Translations under genes and position numbers: made by a program
Shown: one piece after another, positions 45,786-56,098 of the stretch
Numbering within the stretch: position 1 is the stretch's first letter
How the letters are laid out: each line of letters starts with the position of its first letter
NCBI GenBank assembly: GCA_013150915.1
Contig: JAADJE010000112.1
Coordinates: 318 to 64,317 of the forward strand
Length of the DNA: 64,000 nucleotides
Direction: 5' to 3'
Source of the DNA: Gammaproteobacteria bacterium
GTDB taxonomy: Bacteria; Pseudomonadota; Gammaproteobacteria; BMS3Bbin11
The notes under the pieces: generated by a model
Databases searched by the model: none
Told to the model about the DNA's origin: nothing
What the model saw: the letters and a program-made list of their open reading frames with translations, nothing else

Positions 45786-48516
45786 GCCTGTTGCCTACAT
45801 CGACGGCGTCGCACACCCCTTTGACGACGATGAAACGATTTATCATTTCGTCAGCCGTTACCTGGGGCTGAATACCATACCGGTGCTGTGCCATGACGAG
45901 GCCCTGGCACCTTTCGGGAACTGCCGACTGTGCAGTGTCGATGTGGCGCCGGCGAAAGAGGGGGCACGGCGTGTCCGAGCGGCGTGCCATACTCGGGTGG
46001 AGACCGGCCAGTATATTTACCCGAATTCACCGCGTATCGAAAGACTCCGCCGGACGATCCTGGAATTGTTGTTGAGTGATTATCCCGAGCGGGCATTGTC
46101 GCCGGCTCCCGGTGAAAGGCCTACGCATTTCCAGAGGCTCCTGCAGCAGGCCGGTATAAATATCTCGCAACCCCCGTTTTTGAAAAGTCGGTTTCCTCGA
46201 AACGGCGCAGAAATCCAGGTCGATGCCGATCACCCCTTCATTCATTTCGACCCGGCTCAGTGTATTCATTGCTATCGTTGTATTCGCGCCTGTGATGAGA
46301 TCCAGGGTGAAATGGTGCTGGCCATGCATGGGCGAGGTTATCGTTCCCGGGTCATTGCCTCCCTGGATCAGTCCTTTCTGGAATCCGATTGTGTGGCCTG
46401 CGGTCGTTGTATACAGAGCTGTCCCACCAATGCGTTGACCGATCGTTACCGGACCAAGACCCTGATCGCAGACCGGCGGGTACGCACGGTCTGCACCTAT
46501 TGCGGTGTGGGTTGTAATCTTGAGGTACTGTTGAAGGGAGGAGAGATACGCGCCATCGATGCGGTGGGTGATGCGGAAGTCAACCGGGGACACGCCTGTC
46601 TCAAGGGGCGCTATGCCTTTGCCTATTACCATCACCCCGATCGGCTGCGCACGCCATTGCTGCGCAGGAACGGCGAATTGCAGCCCGTCAGTTGGGACGA
46701 GGCTCTGGACCACATCGCCCAACGACTCGATCAGATAAAAATGCAGCATGGGTCACAGGCCATCGCCGGTATTTCCTCCTCGCGTTGCACAAACGAGGAA
46801 AACTACCTGATGCAGAAATTCATGCGCGTGGTCATCGGCAATAACAACATCGACGGTTGTGCCCGGGTGTGCCATGCGCCGACGGCTTTCGGTATGCGCG
46901 AAACCTTCGGTACCGGTGCAGCCACCAATTCCATCGGTGAGATCGGCGCGTCCGATTGCCTGCTGGTGGTGGGCGCGAATTCCACCGAGGCCCATCCCGT
47001 CACCGGCGTAAAATTACGGCAGCGCGCTATGAAGGGCATACCACTGATTGTCATTGATCCGCGGCGCATCGAGTTGGCCCGCCATGCGACAGTTCATCTG
47101 CAGTTACGTCCGGGCAGCAATGTGGCCTTGTTGGAGATGCTGGCCTACTGCATCATCAGCGAGGGACTGGTCGACGAGGATTTTGTTCGTCGGCGTACCG
47201 AGGGCTTCGAGGATTTCCGGCGTGCCGTATTGGATGTCAATCTTGGGCGGCTGGAAAGGATCACTGGCGTCAGCCGCAAAACGGTACAGAAAGCGGCGAT
47301 GATTTACGGCCGGGCGAAAAATGCCATGGCCTTTCACGGTCTCGGGCTCACGGAGCATTATCAGGGCAGCCGCGGGGTGATGCTGCTCTCCGCGCTGGCC
47401 ATGATGACCGGTAACATCGGGCGGCCAGGCGTCGGCATCAATCCATTGCGTGGACAGAACAACGTTCAGGGTGCGGCCGACATGGGTGTGCAGCCAAAAC
47501 TGGGCCCCGGTTATCTGGACATCTCCAACCCCGAGGTGCGCGCCCATTACGAACGCCATTACGGGCGGCCCGTTCCCGCAGAGGAGGGATTAACAACGCC
47601 CGAGATGCTTCACGCCGCAGGCGAAGGGAGGCTCAAGGCCTTGTGGATTATGGGTGAGGACATTCTGCAAACCGACCCCGATACCACCCATGTCAGGCAG
47701 GCGCTCATGAGGCTGGATTTTCTGGTGGTGCAGGAGTTATTCATGACCGAAACGGCCAGTCTTGCCGACGTGGTACTGCCCGCCGCCTCTCATCTGGAAA
47801 AGAGCGGCACTTTTACAAACGGTGAACGCCGTGTACAACGCGTCAATCAGGCCATCGCACCACTGGGAGATACCCGGGCGGACGGGCAGATCATGGTGGA
47901 TATCATGAACCGCATGGGCTATCCGCAGGCGGCTTATGATCCGGCGGTTCTGCTCGAAGAGATTTCGCAGGTGGTGCCGTTTTTTGCCGGGGTAAGCTGG
48001 GATGGCCTTGGTGTCGATGGTAAACAGTGGCCAGTGAACGAGGACGGCAGTGATACCAAAATTCTACACACGGAGCAGTTCAAGATCGGCAAGGGGCGTT
48101 TCGTGTTCACCGACTTTGTCGAAACCCCCGAACTGCTGGGTGATGATGCGGATGACTATCCCTTTATTCTCACCACCGGTCGTCGGCTGCAGCATTACAA
48201 TTGCGGTTCCATGACCCGGCGCACACCGCTGCTGGATCTCGTCGATCACGATGAATTATTGATCAATCCGCTGGACGCGGGGCGCTGCGAAATTGTCGAC
48301 GGCGATGAGGTATTGCTGCGTTCGCGGCAGGGCCGGACGCACCTGCAGGCGTGTCTCAGTGATGAGGTTCGTCCCGGTGTCCTGTTCACCACCTTTCATT
48401 TCCCCGAAGCGGCAATCAACCATCTGACCAGCGGCGTGCTGGATCAGGACAGTATGACACCTGAATTCAAAGTGGTAGCGGTCTCTATTTCCAAAGCCTC
48501 ACGGGCATGTGCTTGA
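45778..48516 (+). CDS. fdsA: NAD-dependent formate dehydrogenase alpha subunit (molybdopterin, Cys-type)
   Basis: N-terminal 2Fe-2S plus 4Fe-4S domains, MopB CTYCGVGCN, and the active-site region IDGCARVCHAPT (Cys, not Sec). 912 aa; 8 nt overlap with fdsB. Confidence 0.8.
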   Translation: MSEPVAYIDGVAHPFDDDETIYHFVSRYLGLNTIPVLCHDEALAPFGNCRLCSVDVAPAKEGARRVRAACHTRVETGQYIYPNSPRIERLRRTILELLLSDYPERALSPAPGERPTHFQRLLQQAGINISQPPFLKSRFPRNGAEIQVDADHPFIHFDPAQCIHCYRCIRACDEIQGEMVLAMHGRGYRSRVIASLDQSFLESDCVACGRCIQSCPTNALTDRYRTKTLIADRRVRTVCTYCGVGCNLEVLLKGGEIRAIDAVGDAEVNRGHACLKGRYAFAYYHHPDRLRTPLLRRNGELQPVSWDEALDHIAQRLDQIKMQHGSQAIAGISSSRCTNEENYLMQKFMRVVIGNNNIDGCARVCHAPTAFGMRETFGTGAATNSIGEIGASDCLLVVGANSTEAHPVTGVKLRQRAMKGIPLIVIDPRRIELARHATVHLQLRPGSNVALLEMLAYCIISEGLVDEDFVRRRTEGFEDFRRAVLDVNLGRLERITGVSRKTVQKAAMIYGRAKNAMAFHGLGLTEHYQGSRGVMLLSALAMMTGNIGRPGVGINPLRGQNNVQGAADMGVQPKLGPGYLDISNPEVRAHYERHYGRPVPAEEGLTTPEMLHAAGEGRLKALWIMGEDILQTDPDTTHVRQALMRLDFLVVQELFMTETASLADVVLPAASHLEKSGTFTNGERRVQRVNQAIAPLGDTRADGQIMVDIMNRMGYPQAAYDPAVLLEEISQVVPFFAGVSWDGLGVDGKQWPVNEDGSDTKILHTEQFKIGKGRFVFTDFVETPELLGDDADDYPFILTTGRRLQHYNCGSMTRRTPLLDLVDHDELLINPLDAGRCEIVDGDEVLLRSRQGRTHLQACLSDEVRPGVLFTTFHFPEAAINHLTSGVLDQDSMTPEFKVVAVSISKASRACA

Positions 48517-48529
48517 TGACGCTACTGTC

Positions 48530-49957
48530 ATGAGCAAGTCGGCAGGCAACCGTGTGCAGCAGGCGGATGCGCTGCTGAATCAACTCACGGACTACGCGCT
48601 CGGTTACACTCCCGATGATCTGGAGGCGTATGATACGGCGCGCTATTGTTTTATCGACAGTCTGGGTTGTGCACTGCACAGCCTCGATGACCCAGACTGT
48701 CAGCGTGTGCTCGCTCCCTGGCTGGACGGCATCACCCTCACCGGGGGAGTTCGTATCCCCGGACTGAAGCAGGAACTGGATCCGGTACAGGCCGCTTTCA
48801 ATCTGGGCAGCATGATCCGCTGGCTGGATTTCAACGACACCTGGCTGGCGGCGGAGTGGGGTCACCCATCTGATAACCTCGGTGGAATTCTGGTTGCGGC
48901 GCTGTTGATGGAAAAACGCCAGCCTGGTATTTCGCTGTACGACATCCTGACGGCAATGATCAAGGCCTATGAGATACAGGGCGTACTGGCGTTGGGTAAC
49001 AGCTTTAATCAGTTTGGGCTGGATCATATCATCCTGGTGCGTGTCGCGACCACGCTGGTAACCAGTGTTATGTTGGGTGCTTCGCGCCAACAGGTTTTTA
49101 ATGCCCTGTCCAATGCCTGGGTGGATGGTGGTAGCTTGCGTTGTTACCGCCACGCCCCGGATACGGGCCCGCGAAAAAGTTGGGCAGCGGGGGATGCGAC
49201 CGCACGCGGCCTGTGGCTGGCGCTACTGGCCTTACGCGGTGAGACGGGATATCCGCACGCGCTCAGCACACCCCGATGGGGCTTCCAGGATAGCCTGTTA
49301 CACGGTCGGGAACTCACTTTGCTACAACCGCTTGGTTGCTACGTGATGCAAAATATCCTGTTCAAAGTGGCCTTTCCGGCTGAATTTCACGCCCAGACAG
49401 CCGTTGAGGCCGCAATACTACTGTATTCTGTCGAAGGTGAACGCTGTGATGACATTAGCCATATTGTGATAGAAACCCAACGGGCCGGTATGCAGATCAT
49501 CAACAAGACCGGTACGCTGAATAATCCGGCGGACCGTGATCACTGCCTGCAATACATGGTGGCTGTTGCGCTCTTGCGCGGTAAGCTGACCAGTGAGGAT
49601 TACCGCGATAGCCGAGCAGCCGACCCGCGCATTGATCGTTTGCGTGCCTGTACGGAGGTGATCGAAAATCCTGACTTTACCCAGGCCTATTACGAGCCAT
49701 CACGGCGTGCAATTCCTGGTGCCGTCCAGGTATTCTTTAACGATGGTAGCCAGAGCCAACGTATCGTCGTGGAATACCCACTTGGCCATCGCCAACGCCG
49801 GGATGAAGCCTTGCCTCTGTTGCATAAAAAATTTCGTACCAATACAAGTAACACTCTAGATAAGGATCATTGTGAACAGATTCTGGTACTGCTTGACGAC
49901 AGTGAACGCTTTGATGCCATGCCGCTCGGTGACTTTATGCGCCTGCTACGTAGCTAA
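48530..49957 (+). CDS. prpD: 2-methylcitrate dehydratase PrpD
   Basis: Collinear with E. coli PrpD (LDPVQAAFNLGSMIRWLDFNDTWLAAEWGHPSDNLGGIL, NPADRDHCLQYMVAVALL). The ORF track has a GTG at 48509 overlapping the fdsA end. Confidence 0.9.
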   Translation: MSKSAGNRVQQADALLNQLTDYALGYTPDDLEAYDTARYCFIDSLGCALHSLDDPDCQRVLAPWLDGITLTGGVRIPGLKQELDPVQAAFNLGSMIRWLDFNDTWLAAEWGHPSDNLGGILVAALLMEKRQPGISLYDILTAMIKAYEIQGVLALGNSFNQFGLDHIILVRVATTLVTSVMLGASRQQVFNALSNAWVDGGSLRCYRHAPDTGPRKSWAAGDATARGLWLALLALRGETGYPHALSTPRWGFQDSLLHGRELTLLQPLGCYVMQNILFKVAFPAEFHAQTAVEAAILLYSVEGERCDDISHIVIETQRAGMQIINKTGTLNNPADRDHCLQYMVAVALLRGKLTSEDYRDSRAADPRIDRLRACTEVIENPDFTQAYYEPSRRAIPGAVQVFFNDGSQSQRIVVEYPLGHRQRRDEALPLLHKKFRTNTSNTLDKDHCEQILVLLDDSERFDAMPLGDFMRLLRS

Positions 49958-50072
49958 ACGCTGTACCTGAAAGGCCCTTGACATGTGTCTAACGCACATG
50001 CGTTACACTCAACCTATGTTCCAGAGTCTCATCAATCCTGGATGACTCGCAGAGGAACATAGGAGGTGTATT

Positions 50073-50450
50073 ATGAAAGAGCAACGATGGCAAGATTGGA
50101 CAATTGTCCTGTTAGGTGTGTGGCTTGTGCTAGCGCCGTTCTTTGGTATCGGTGCTATTGGTGATGTGGCTGCAATCAACTCTTACCTGATCGGTACGGT
50201 GGTAGCGTTAGTTGCTTTCATGGCAATTGCCAAACCGGAGGTGTGGAAGGAGTATACCAATCTGACACTCGGGCTCTGGTTGATCGCCGCGCCGTTTGTA
50301 TTAAGCTTTACGAATCTGGCAGGCCCGATGTGGAACCAGATTATCGTAGGCCTTCTGATTGGTGCTGCCGCTTATGATGTTACCTTGAAAAAGCCGACAT
50401 CAACGGTGGGGCACGGCGGTCCTAAAGGGCATGGACACGGGCACGCATAG
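50073..50450 (+). CDS. SPW-repeat-like small membrane protein with C-terminal His/Gly-rich tail
   Basis: About 4 TM segments with conserved Trp positions; tail HGGPKGHGHGHA. Confidence 0.5.
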   Translation: MKEQRWQDWTIVLLGVWLVLAPFFGIGAIGDVAAINSYLIGTVVALVAFMAIAKPEVWKEYTNLTLGLWLIAAPFVLSFTNLAGPMWNQIIVGLLIGAAAYDVTLKKPTSTVGHGGPKGHGHGHA

Positions 50451-50938
50451 CGCGCAGACACGTTTAGTGGCTTTCTGTTGACTGAGAGGAGGCAGCGAAT
50501 GGCCCGGATGTGAATGGGTAATCGGGCAGCGAGTTTGGCATCAGCTAAATGTTCGCGCGGTCGCCCAACAGGATCCGGGCTGTTTTAGTTTGTGAGCGCA
50601 ATAGCCAACCATCATAATTGGCATCTTTCTTTACACTTTTATCTCTATGCATTGTCTGTAGCGCTTAAAGATTGAAAAAGTCATAGAAACCAGGAGGTCT
50701 TTACTTAACACATTAAACTTAGCATCTACCCGCCCACTTCCCTTCAATAATTTTCTTACCTCTCCCCGACTTGGACAGACTCTAGTACACAGAATCCAGA
50801 AAAGATATGATTTATTCATATCTTCCTCACTGAATAAATAGAATGCACATATTCGGGTATTTAGCGTAGAAAAACAGCTATAATCCTGCGGTGCAGGAGC
50901 GGGGAAATTGAAATTGTAATGTGGACCAAGCGAAAAAA

Positions 50939-51025
50939 TGGTACCGAGGAGAGGACTTGAACCTCCACGGGCTTGCGCCCACTAGCACCTGAAGCTAGCG
51001 CGTCTACCAATTCCGCCACCTCGGC
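50939..51025 (-). tRNA. tRNA-Leu (anticodon CAG), 87 nt with long variable arm and encoded CCA
   Basis: The reverse complement reads GCCGAGGTGGCGGAATTGGTAGACGCGCTAGCTTCAGGTGCTAGTGGGCGCAAGCCCGTGGAGGTTCAAGTCCTCTCCTCGGTACCA. It has the D-loop, the CAG anticodon loop and the T-loop GGTTCAAGTCC. Confidence 0.9.
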
Positions 51026-51061
51026 ATGGATGCTGTCAATTAAGCGCGTGAATTCTGACGA

Positions 51062-53434
51062 TTGAATGAGTTGATGTCAATGACGAAATCGAAAAAATAC
51101 ACTGAAGATCCCTTTGCAGAACGTGAAGCGGAAAAATATGAAAATCCTGTTCCCAGTCGTGAGGCAATTCTGTCGCTGTTGAAACAAAGCGGCCAGCTCT
51201 TGCCGTTGATGAAGATACTTGATGCACTGAATATTGATGATGAGGAAAGCAAAGTAGCGATACGCCGCCGGCTCAAGGCGATGGTACGCGACGGTCAGTT
51301 ATTACGTAATCGCAAGAATATGTATGGCCTGGCACAGCAGATGGGAATGACCTGCGGTCTGATCCAGGGGCATCCTGATGGGTATGGCTTTGTTATTCCC
51401 GAAGCGGGCGGAGAAGATGTTTTTCTCAGTGCGAAAGAAATGCGTCAGGTTTTGCATGGGGATAAGGTCATGGTGCGTGCCATGGAAGGGGTTCGTGGCA
51501 AGCTTGAAGGCAGCATAGTTGAGGTGCTGCAGCGAAACAATCATACGGTGTTGGGTCACTATCACGTGGATACGGGTATCGGTTATGTGATTCCCGATGA
51601 TAGAAGAATTGTACAGGATATTCTGATACCACAGGGACGGTCTGCGGAGGCCAAACAGGGGCAGATCGTAGTTGCCGTGATTGACCGGCAACCAGACAAG
51701 CATAGCCAACCGGTAGGGCATATCTCCGAAGTGCTGGGTGAACACATGGCCCCCGGTATGGAGATTGAGATTGCTACCCGAAAATATGAGCTACCCTACA
51801 TCTGGCCTGATGAGGTTAGCCATAAGGTAAAAAGTCTGCCGTCAGAGGTACATAAAGGGCAGGCGCAGGGGCGACTGGATCTTCGGGATCAACCCCTGGT
51901 GACCATTGATGGTGAGGACGCACGTGACTTTGATGACGCTGTGCTCAGCCGCAAGACAGACTCGGGTTGGCAGTTAATTGTTGCCATTGCGGATGTTGCC
52001 GCCTATGTCAAAAAGGGACAACCACTTGATAAGGAGGCCATTAAGCGGGGTAATTCTGTCTATTTTCCTGAACAGGTGATACCCATGTTGCCGGAGCAGC
52101 TGTCCAACGGTCTGTGTTCGTTAAACCCGGATGTCGATCGTCTGTGCATGGTATGCATCATGGAGATTGACCAGAATGGGGAAATCTCCGACTGGCGATT
52201 TGACAATGCGGTAATGTGCTCCCGGGCACGATTAACCTATACGAAAGTGGCTTCTATTCTGGTAGAGGGTGATCCCGAATTGATACAGGAATATTCCTCA
52301 GTATTTGAAGCACTGCAGAATCTCTATGAACTGTATCAGTTGCGCCGCCTATGGCGTGAACGACAGGGTGCGATGGATCTTGATATGCCTGAGACCCGTA
52401 TTATTTTTAACGATAAGCGCAAGATTGAAGCGATCGTGCCACAGGTGCGTAATGAGGCCCACCGGCTGATTGAGGAGTTTATGCTGGCTGCCAATGTCTG
52501 TGCCGCAAAAACAATATCTGATGCCCGTTATCCGGGCCTTTATCGTGTACATGAAGGGCCAACTGAAGAAAAGCGGGACAATCTGCGTAAGTTTCTGTTT
52601 GAGGTTGGTTTAAGTCTCAGCGGAGGCGATGAACCGGGTGTGCAGGACTATGCCCGATTATTGGCTGATGTGTCACAGCGACCGGATGCTGAGGTCATCA
52701 AACCGATGATATTGCGTTCTCTTAGTCAGGCGCGATATACGCCCGATTGCGATGGTCATTTTGCACTGGGTTTCACACATTACACCCATTTCACCTCACC
52801 CATACGCCGTTATCCTGACCTGCAGGTTCATCGTACTCTGAAGGCCATACTGCGTAAAAATCCTTCACCTTATACAGAACTGGAACTGGTAGAACTGGGT
52901 GAGCACTGCTCGATGACAGAACGTAGGGCGGATGATGCCACCCGCGATGTGATGCGCTGGCTGAAGGCTGAATATATGGTTGATCACGTGGGTGATGAGT
53001 TTCCCGGTACAGTCAGTGGCGTAACGGGATTTGGTCTGTTCGTGACACTGGATGAAATTTATATTGATGGGCTGATTCACATTACGGCACTTGGCAACGA
53101 TTATTTTCAGTTTGATGTGGCTAAGGGTCGTCTCAGTGGGGAACGCACGCGCAGGACATATCGACTGGGTGACCGCTTAAGGGTCGTGGTAGTGCGTGTC
53201 GATGTCGATGAGGGTAGGATTGATCTTGAGCTTGCCGGGAAAGATGGCGAAACAAAGGGTGGCGCTGAAACTCAGAATAAAAGACAGGGAAAGTCCAACA
53301 GCAAGAAGAGCAAAACAAAAGGTACAAATAAACACGGAACAGGTAAGCGTGGGAAAACGCTCTCTCGAAATAAGGGGGGTAAAAAGAATTCCAGGCAGGC
53401 CAAGCGTGGGAAAAAGGTTCGGAGGACTCAATGA
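51062..53434 (+). CDS. rnr: Ribonuclease R
   Basis: Collinear with E. coli RNase R (DPFAEREAEKYENPVPSRE, RNB domain DLRDQPLVTIDGEDARDFDDAV, HFTSPIRRYPDL, S1 domain, Lys-rich tail). Confidence 0.93.
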   Translation: MNELMSMTKSKKYTEDPFAEREAEKYENPVPSREAILSLLKQSGQLLPLMKILDALNIDDEESKVAIRRRLKAMVRDGQLLRNRKNMYGLAQQMGMTCGLIQGHPDGYGFVIPEAGGEDVFLSAKEMRQVLHGDKVMVRAMEGVRGKLEGSIVEVLQRNNHTVLGHYHVDTGIGYVIPDDRRIVQDILIPQGRSAEAKQGQIVVAVIDRQPDKHSQPVGHISEVLGEHMAPGMEIEIATRKYELPYIWPDEVSHKVKSLPSEVHKGQAQGRLDLRDQPLVTIDGEDARDFDDAVLSRKTDSGWQLIVAIADVAAYVKKGQPLDKEAIKRGNSVYFPEQVIPMLPEQLSNGLCSLNPDVDRLCMVCIMEIDQNGEISDWRFDNAVMCSRARLTYTKVASILVEGDPELIQEYSSVFEALQNLYELYQLRRLWRERQGAMDLDMPETRIIFNDKRKIEAIVPQVRNEAHRLIEEFMLAANVCAAKTISDARYPGLYRVHEGPTEEKRDNLRKFLFEVGLSLSGGDEPGVQDYARLLADVSQRPDAEVIKPMILRSLSQARYTPDCDGHFALGFTHYTHFTSPIRRYPDLQVHRTLKAILRKNPSPYTELELVELGEHCSMTERRADDATRDVMRWLKAEYMVDHVGDEFPGTVSGVTGFGLFVTLDEIYIDGLIHITALGNDYFQFDVAKGRLSGERTRRTYRLGDRLRVVVVRVDVDEGRIDLELAGKDGETKGGAETQNKRQGKSNSKKSKTKGTNKHGTGKRGKTLSRNKGGKKNSRQAKRGKKVRRTQ

Positions 53435-54183
53435 CGGAGGAAATCCTGACGGGTATCCATACCGTCTCAGCGGTCTTATCTTTGAATCCCGGCCGCGTGC
53501 GCCAAGTCTATGTCAATGAAAAGCGCCGGAATAATCGACTGATTTCAGTTCTCCGGGCGGTAAACGAACTGGGGCTGCCGCTGAAGGAAGTATCACGCGA
53601 AAAACTGGATCATCTGGCCGAAAATCAAATTCATCAGGGTATCATCGCACGCTGTGAAGCGATGCCGGCAAGAGGTGAAACCGAATTATTGTGGGATGTG
53701 AAGGCACTAAAACACCCCGCTATGTTGCTGGTGCTGGATGGAATCCAGGATCCGCATAATTTGGGTGCCTGTGTGCGGACACTCGACAGTGCCGGGGGCG
53801 ATGCCATCGTAATTCCCAAAGACCGTTCCACACCGGTGACCCCCGTTGTCCACAAAACTGCCAGCGGTGCGATGGAAACGACGCCGGTTTATACGGTAAC
53901 CAATCTTTCCCGTACCCTGCAGCGGCTGAAAGAAGACTGCGGCCTATGGATATTCGGTACCGGCGACAAAGCTGAGAACAATCTCTACCGGGCAGATTTA
54001 ACGGTTCCTTTTGCGCTGGTCTTGGGGGCAGAAGGTAAGGGTATGCGGCGCCTGGTAACAGAACATTGTGATGAATTGCTAACAATACCAATGAAAGGTT
54101 CAGTCAGCAGTCTGAATGTGTCTGTTGCAGCCGGTATTTGTTGTTATGAGGCCTTAAGGCAAAGGCAGATTGAACGCACATGA
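53431..54183 (+). CDS. rlmB: 23S rRNA (guanosine2251-2'-O)-methyltransferase RlmB
   Basis: SpoU/TrmH fold (LVLDGIQDPHNLGACVRT, LVLGAEGKGMRRLV). ATGA overlap with rnr. Confidence 0.9.
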   Translation: MTEEILTGIHTVSAVLSLNPGRVRQVYVNEKRRNNRLISVLRAVNELGLPLKEVSREKLDHLAENQIHQGIIARCEAMPARGETELLWDVKALKHPAMLLVLDGIQDPHNLGACVRTLDSAGGDAIVIPKDRSTPVTPVVHKTASGAMETTPVYTVTNLSRTLQRLKEDCGLWIFGTGDKAENNLYRADLTVPFALVLGAEGKGMRRLVTEHCDELLTIPMKGSVSSLNVSVAAGICCYEALRQRQIERT

Positions 54184-54219
54184 CGAAGGTACGACAGCTA
54201 CGAACTAAAAATGTATTCT

Positions 54220-54696
54220 TCAGAATTCAAAACTCTCTGACCTGGCACTTTGCCACCGGGCACTTTTCACCAGCCATTTATCACCATCTTTTTTCAGCTT
54301 TATATCAAAACGATAAAGATCAGCATTCAGATCAATCAAAGATTTCGACTTTTCAACTGGATCCCCGGCCATGCCGACATAGACAGTGACACTGGCCGCA
54401 TTTGCATTATCATTGAGTTTAATGTTGCTGATGCGTGTTAGTAGGTAGATGGACTGGTGTCCCTGGAAATAGAACATCAGAGCCCGTAGGGCTGCGCGCC
54501 GACTGCCATTCCATTCATCTCTATATTCGTTGTCAACCAGTTCTTTAACGCTTTCCAGTGATCGTTGTTCGACAGCTACCTCCATTGCCGAAACCATGTT
54601 TCGTATCTGCTCTTCGGGGCTGTTTGTATCCTGATTGCAGGCACTGAGGAAAAAAAGGCCAAGGCTTGACAACATTAGGATAGATTTTACTGACAT
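54220..54696 (-). CDS. Lipoprotein of unknown function
   Basis: Lipobox LGLFFLSAC then a roughly 135 aa soluble domain; no recognisable motif. Confidence 0.5.
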   Translation of the reverse strand: MSVKSILMLSSLGLFFLSACNQDTNSPEEQIRNMVSAMEVAVEQRSLESVKELVDNEYRDEWNGSRRAALRALMFYFQGHQSIYLLTRISNIKLNDNANAASVTVYVGMAGDPVEKSKSLIDLNADLYRFDIKLKKDGDKWLVKSARWQSARSESFEF

Positions 54697-54917
54697 CGCT
54701 GGATATTAACACGGGGTAGGCAGCAATATTTCTCCAGCCGCCTGTTTATATTTCAACGCTCTTAGACAACGGTTTATTTTTTTTATCTGGGGAAGCTGAT
54801 TAATTAAAAAAGCCGTTACTGTAAGCTTTGGGCATTTCCTACGGACAGGAGTACCGAATCGCAATGACAAATAAATATAGAGTTTCCTTAATCTTCTATG
54901 GTGTAAAGTAGCGCGAT

Positions 54918-55493
54918 ATGGCGGTAAAAGAAAAAACACGATGCGAATGGTGTAATGGCTCAGAAATCGAAAGAGCCTACCACGATGATGAATGGGGTGT
55001 CCCATTGCATGAGGACAGGAAATTATTCGAGTTTCTCATTCTCGAAGGTGCGCAGGCAGGCCTGAGCTGGATAACTGTTCTGAAAAAAAGAGCCCACTAC
55101 CGTAAAGTTTTCGATCAGTTTGATCCTGTTCGGATAGCTAAATACTCCGATAAAAAAATTGAGAAATTACTGCTCGATCCCGGAATAATTCGTAACCGGC
55201 TTAAGGTTTCATCAGCGGTCAGTAACGCCCGTATTTTTCTTGAAGTTCAGGCAGAGTTCGGCCGCTTCGACTCCTACATCTGGCAGTTCACTGATGGTAA
55301 GGCGATACATAATCGATGGCAATCGATGTCAGAGATTCCGGCAAATTCACCTAAATCGGATGTTATGAGCAACGACCTGAAAAAACGCGGGTTTCGTTTT
55401 GTGGGAACGACTATCTGCTATGCTTTTATGCAGGCGACAGGTATGGTGAACGATCACACAATCGATTGTTATCGACATTCAGAGTTAGGCTGA
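54918..55493 (+). CDS. tag: DNA-3-methyladenine glycosylase I
   Basis: RCEWCNGSEIERAYHDDEWGVP, LILEGAQAGLSWITVLKKR. 191 aa. Confidence 0.92.
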   Translation: MAVKEKTRCEWCNGSEIERAYHDDEWGVPLHEDRKLFEFLILEGAQAGLSWITVLKKRAHYRKVFDQFDPVRIAKYSDKKIEKLLLDPGIIRNRLKVSSAVSNARIFLEVQAEFGRFDSYIWQFTDGKAIHNRWQSMSEIPANSPKSDVMSNDLKKRGFRFVGTTICYAFMQATGMVNDHTIDCYRHSELG

Positions 55494-55497
55494 AACT

Positions 55498-56004
55498 ATG
55501 ACAAATAATAAAGAACGTACCATTACTCTGATTAGGCATGCAAAGTCATCGTGGAGTGATTCATCATGCCCTGACTTCGAACGTCCGTTGAATAAACGGG
55601 GCATCGCTGATGCACCCAAAGTGGGGGCTGCTCTGGCGGAAGCCGGTTTGGGCTTTGATCGAATACTGTGCAGTGATGCCAGGCGCGCCCAACAAACTCT
55701 GTCGTTATTAAGACAGGGCATCGAGATCGACGAGAAAATCACTGAGTATCGCCATGATCTCTACTGTGCCAGCGCTAACCATCTGATTTCATGTATTTCT
55801 GCTCAGCCTTCAGGCATCCATCATCTGGTATTGATTGGACACAATCCCGGTATGGAAGACCTGGCCAACACGCTGGCGGAACAAACAATAGGTTCTATGC
55901 CGACCTGTTGTGTCGTGCATATACTGTTTTCATGTGGGGACTGGCCTGACTTGCCAATGTCAGAAGGGAACATAGGCCTGATGATAAGACCCCGGGACTT
56001 GTAA
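55498..56004 (+). CDS. sixA: Phosphohistidine phosphatase SixA
   Basis: LIRHAKS (the RHG-type histidine phosphatase motif), LVLIGHNPG. 168 aa. Confidence 0.85.
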   Translation: MTNNKERTITLIRHAKSSWSDSSCPDFERPLNKRGIADAPKVGAALAEAGLGFDRILCSDARRAQQTLSLLRQGIEIDEKITEYRHDLYCASANHLISCISAQPSGIHHLVLIGHNPGMEDLANTLAEQTIGSMPTCCVVHILFSCGDWPDLPMSEGNIGLMIRPRDL

Positions 56005-56098
56005 ACCCACGCTGAACTGAGAAAAAACATTGTCTTTCACCAAATAAACCCTGGCTATCTGAGCCTGAATGGGTTTGGCAGGTTTAGAATCTGCCGGT

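Noticed and set aside
46027-46749. 240 aa minus-strand ORF
   Set aside because: Lies entirely antisense within the well-supported fdsA gene. Composition is typical of an antisense frame in a GC-rich gene. No motifs.
48485-49153. 222 aa minus-strand ORF
   Set aside because: Antisense to prpD, whose collinearity with E. coli PrpD is unambiguous.
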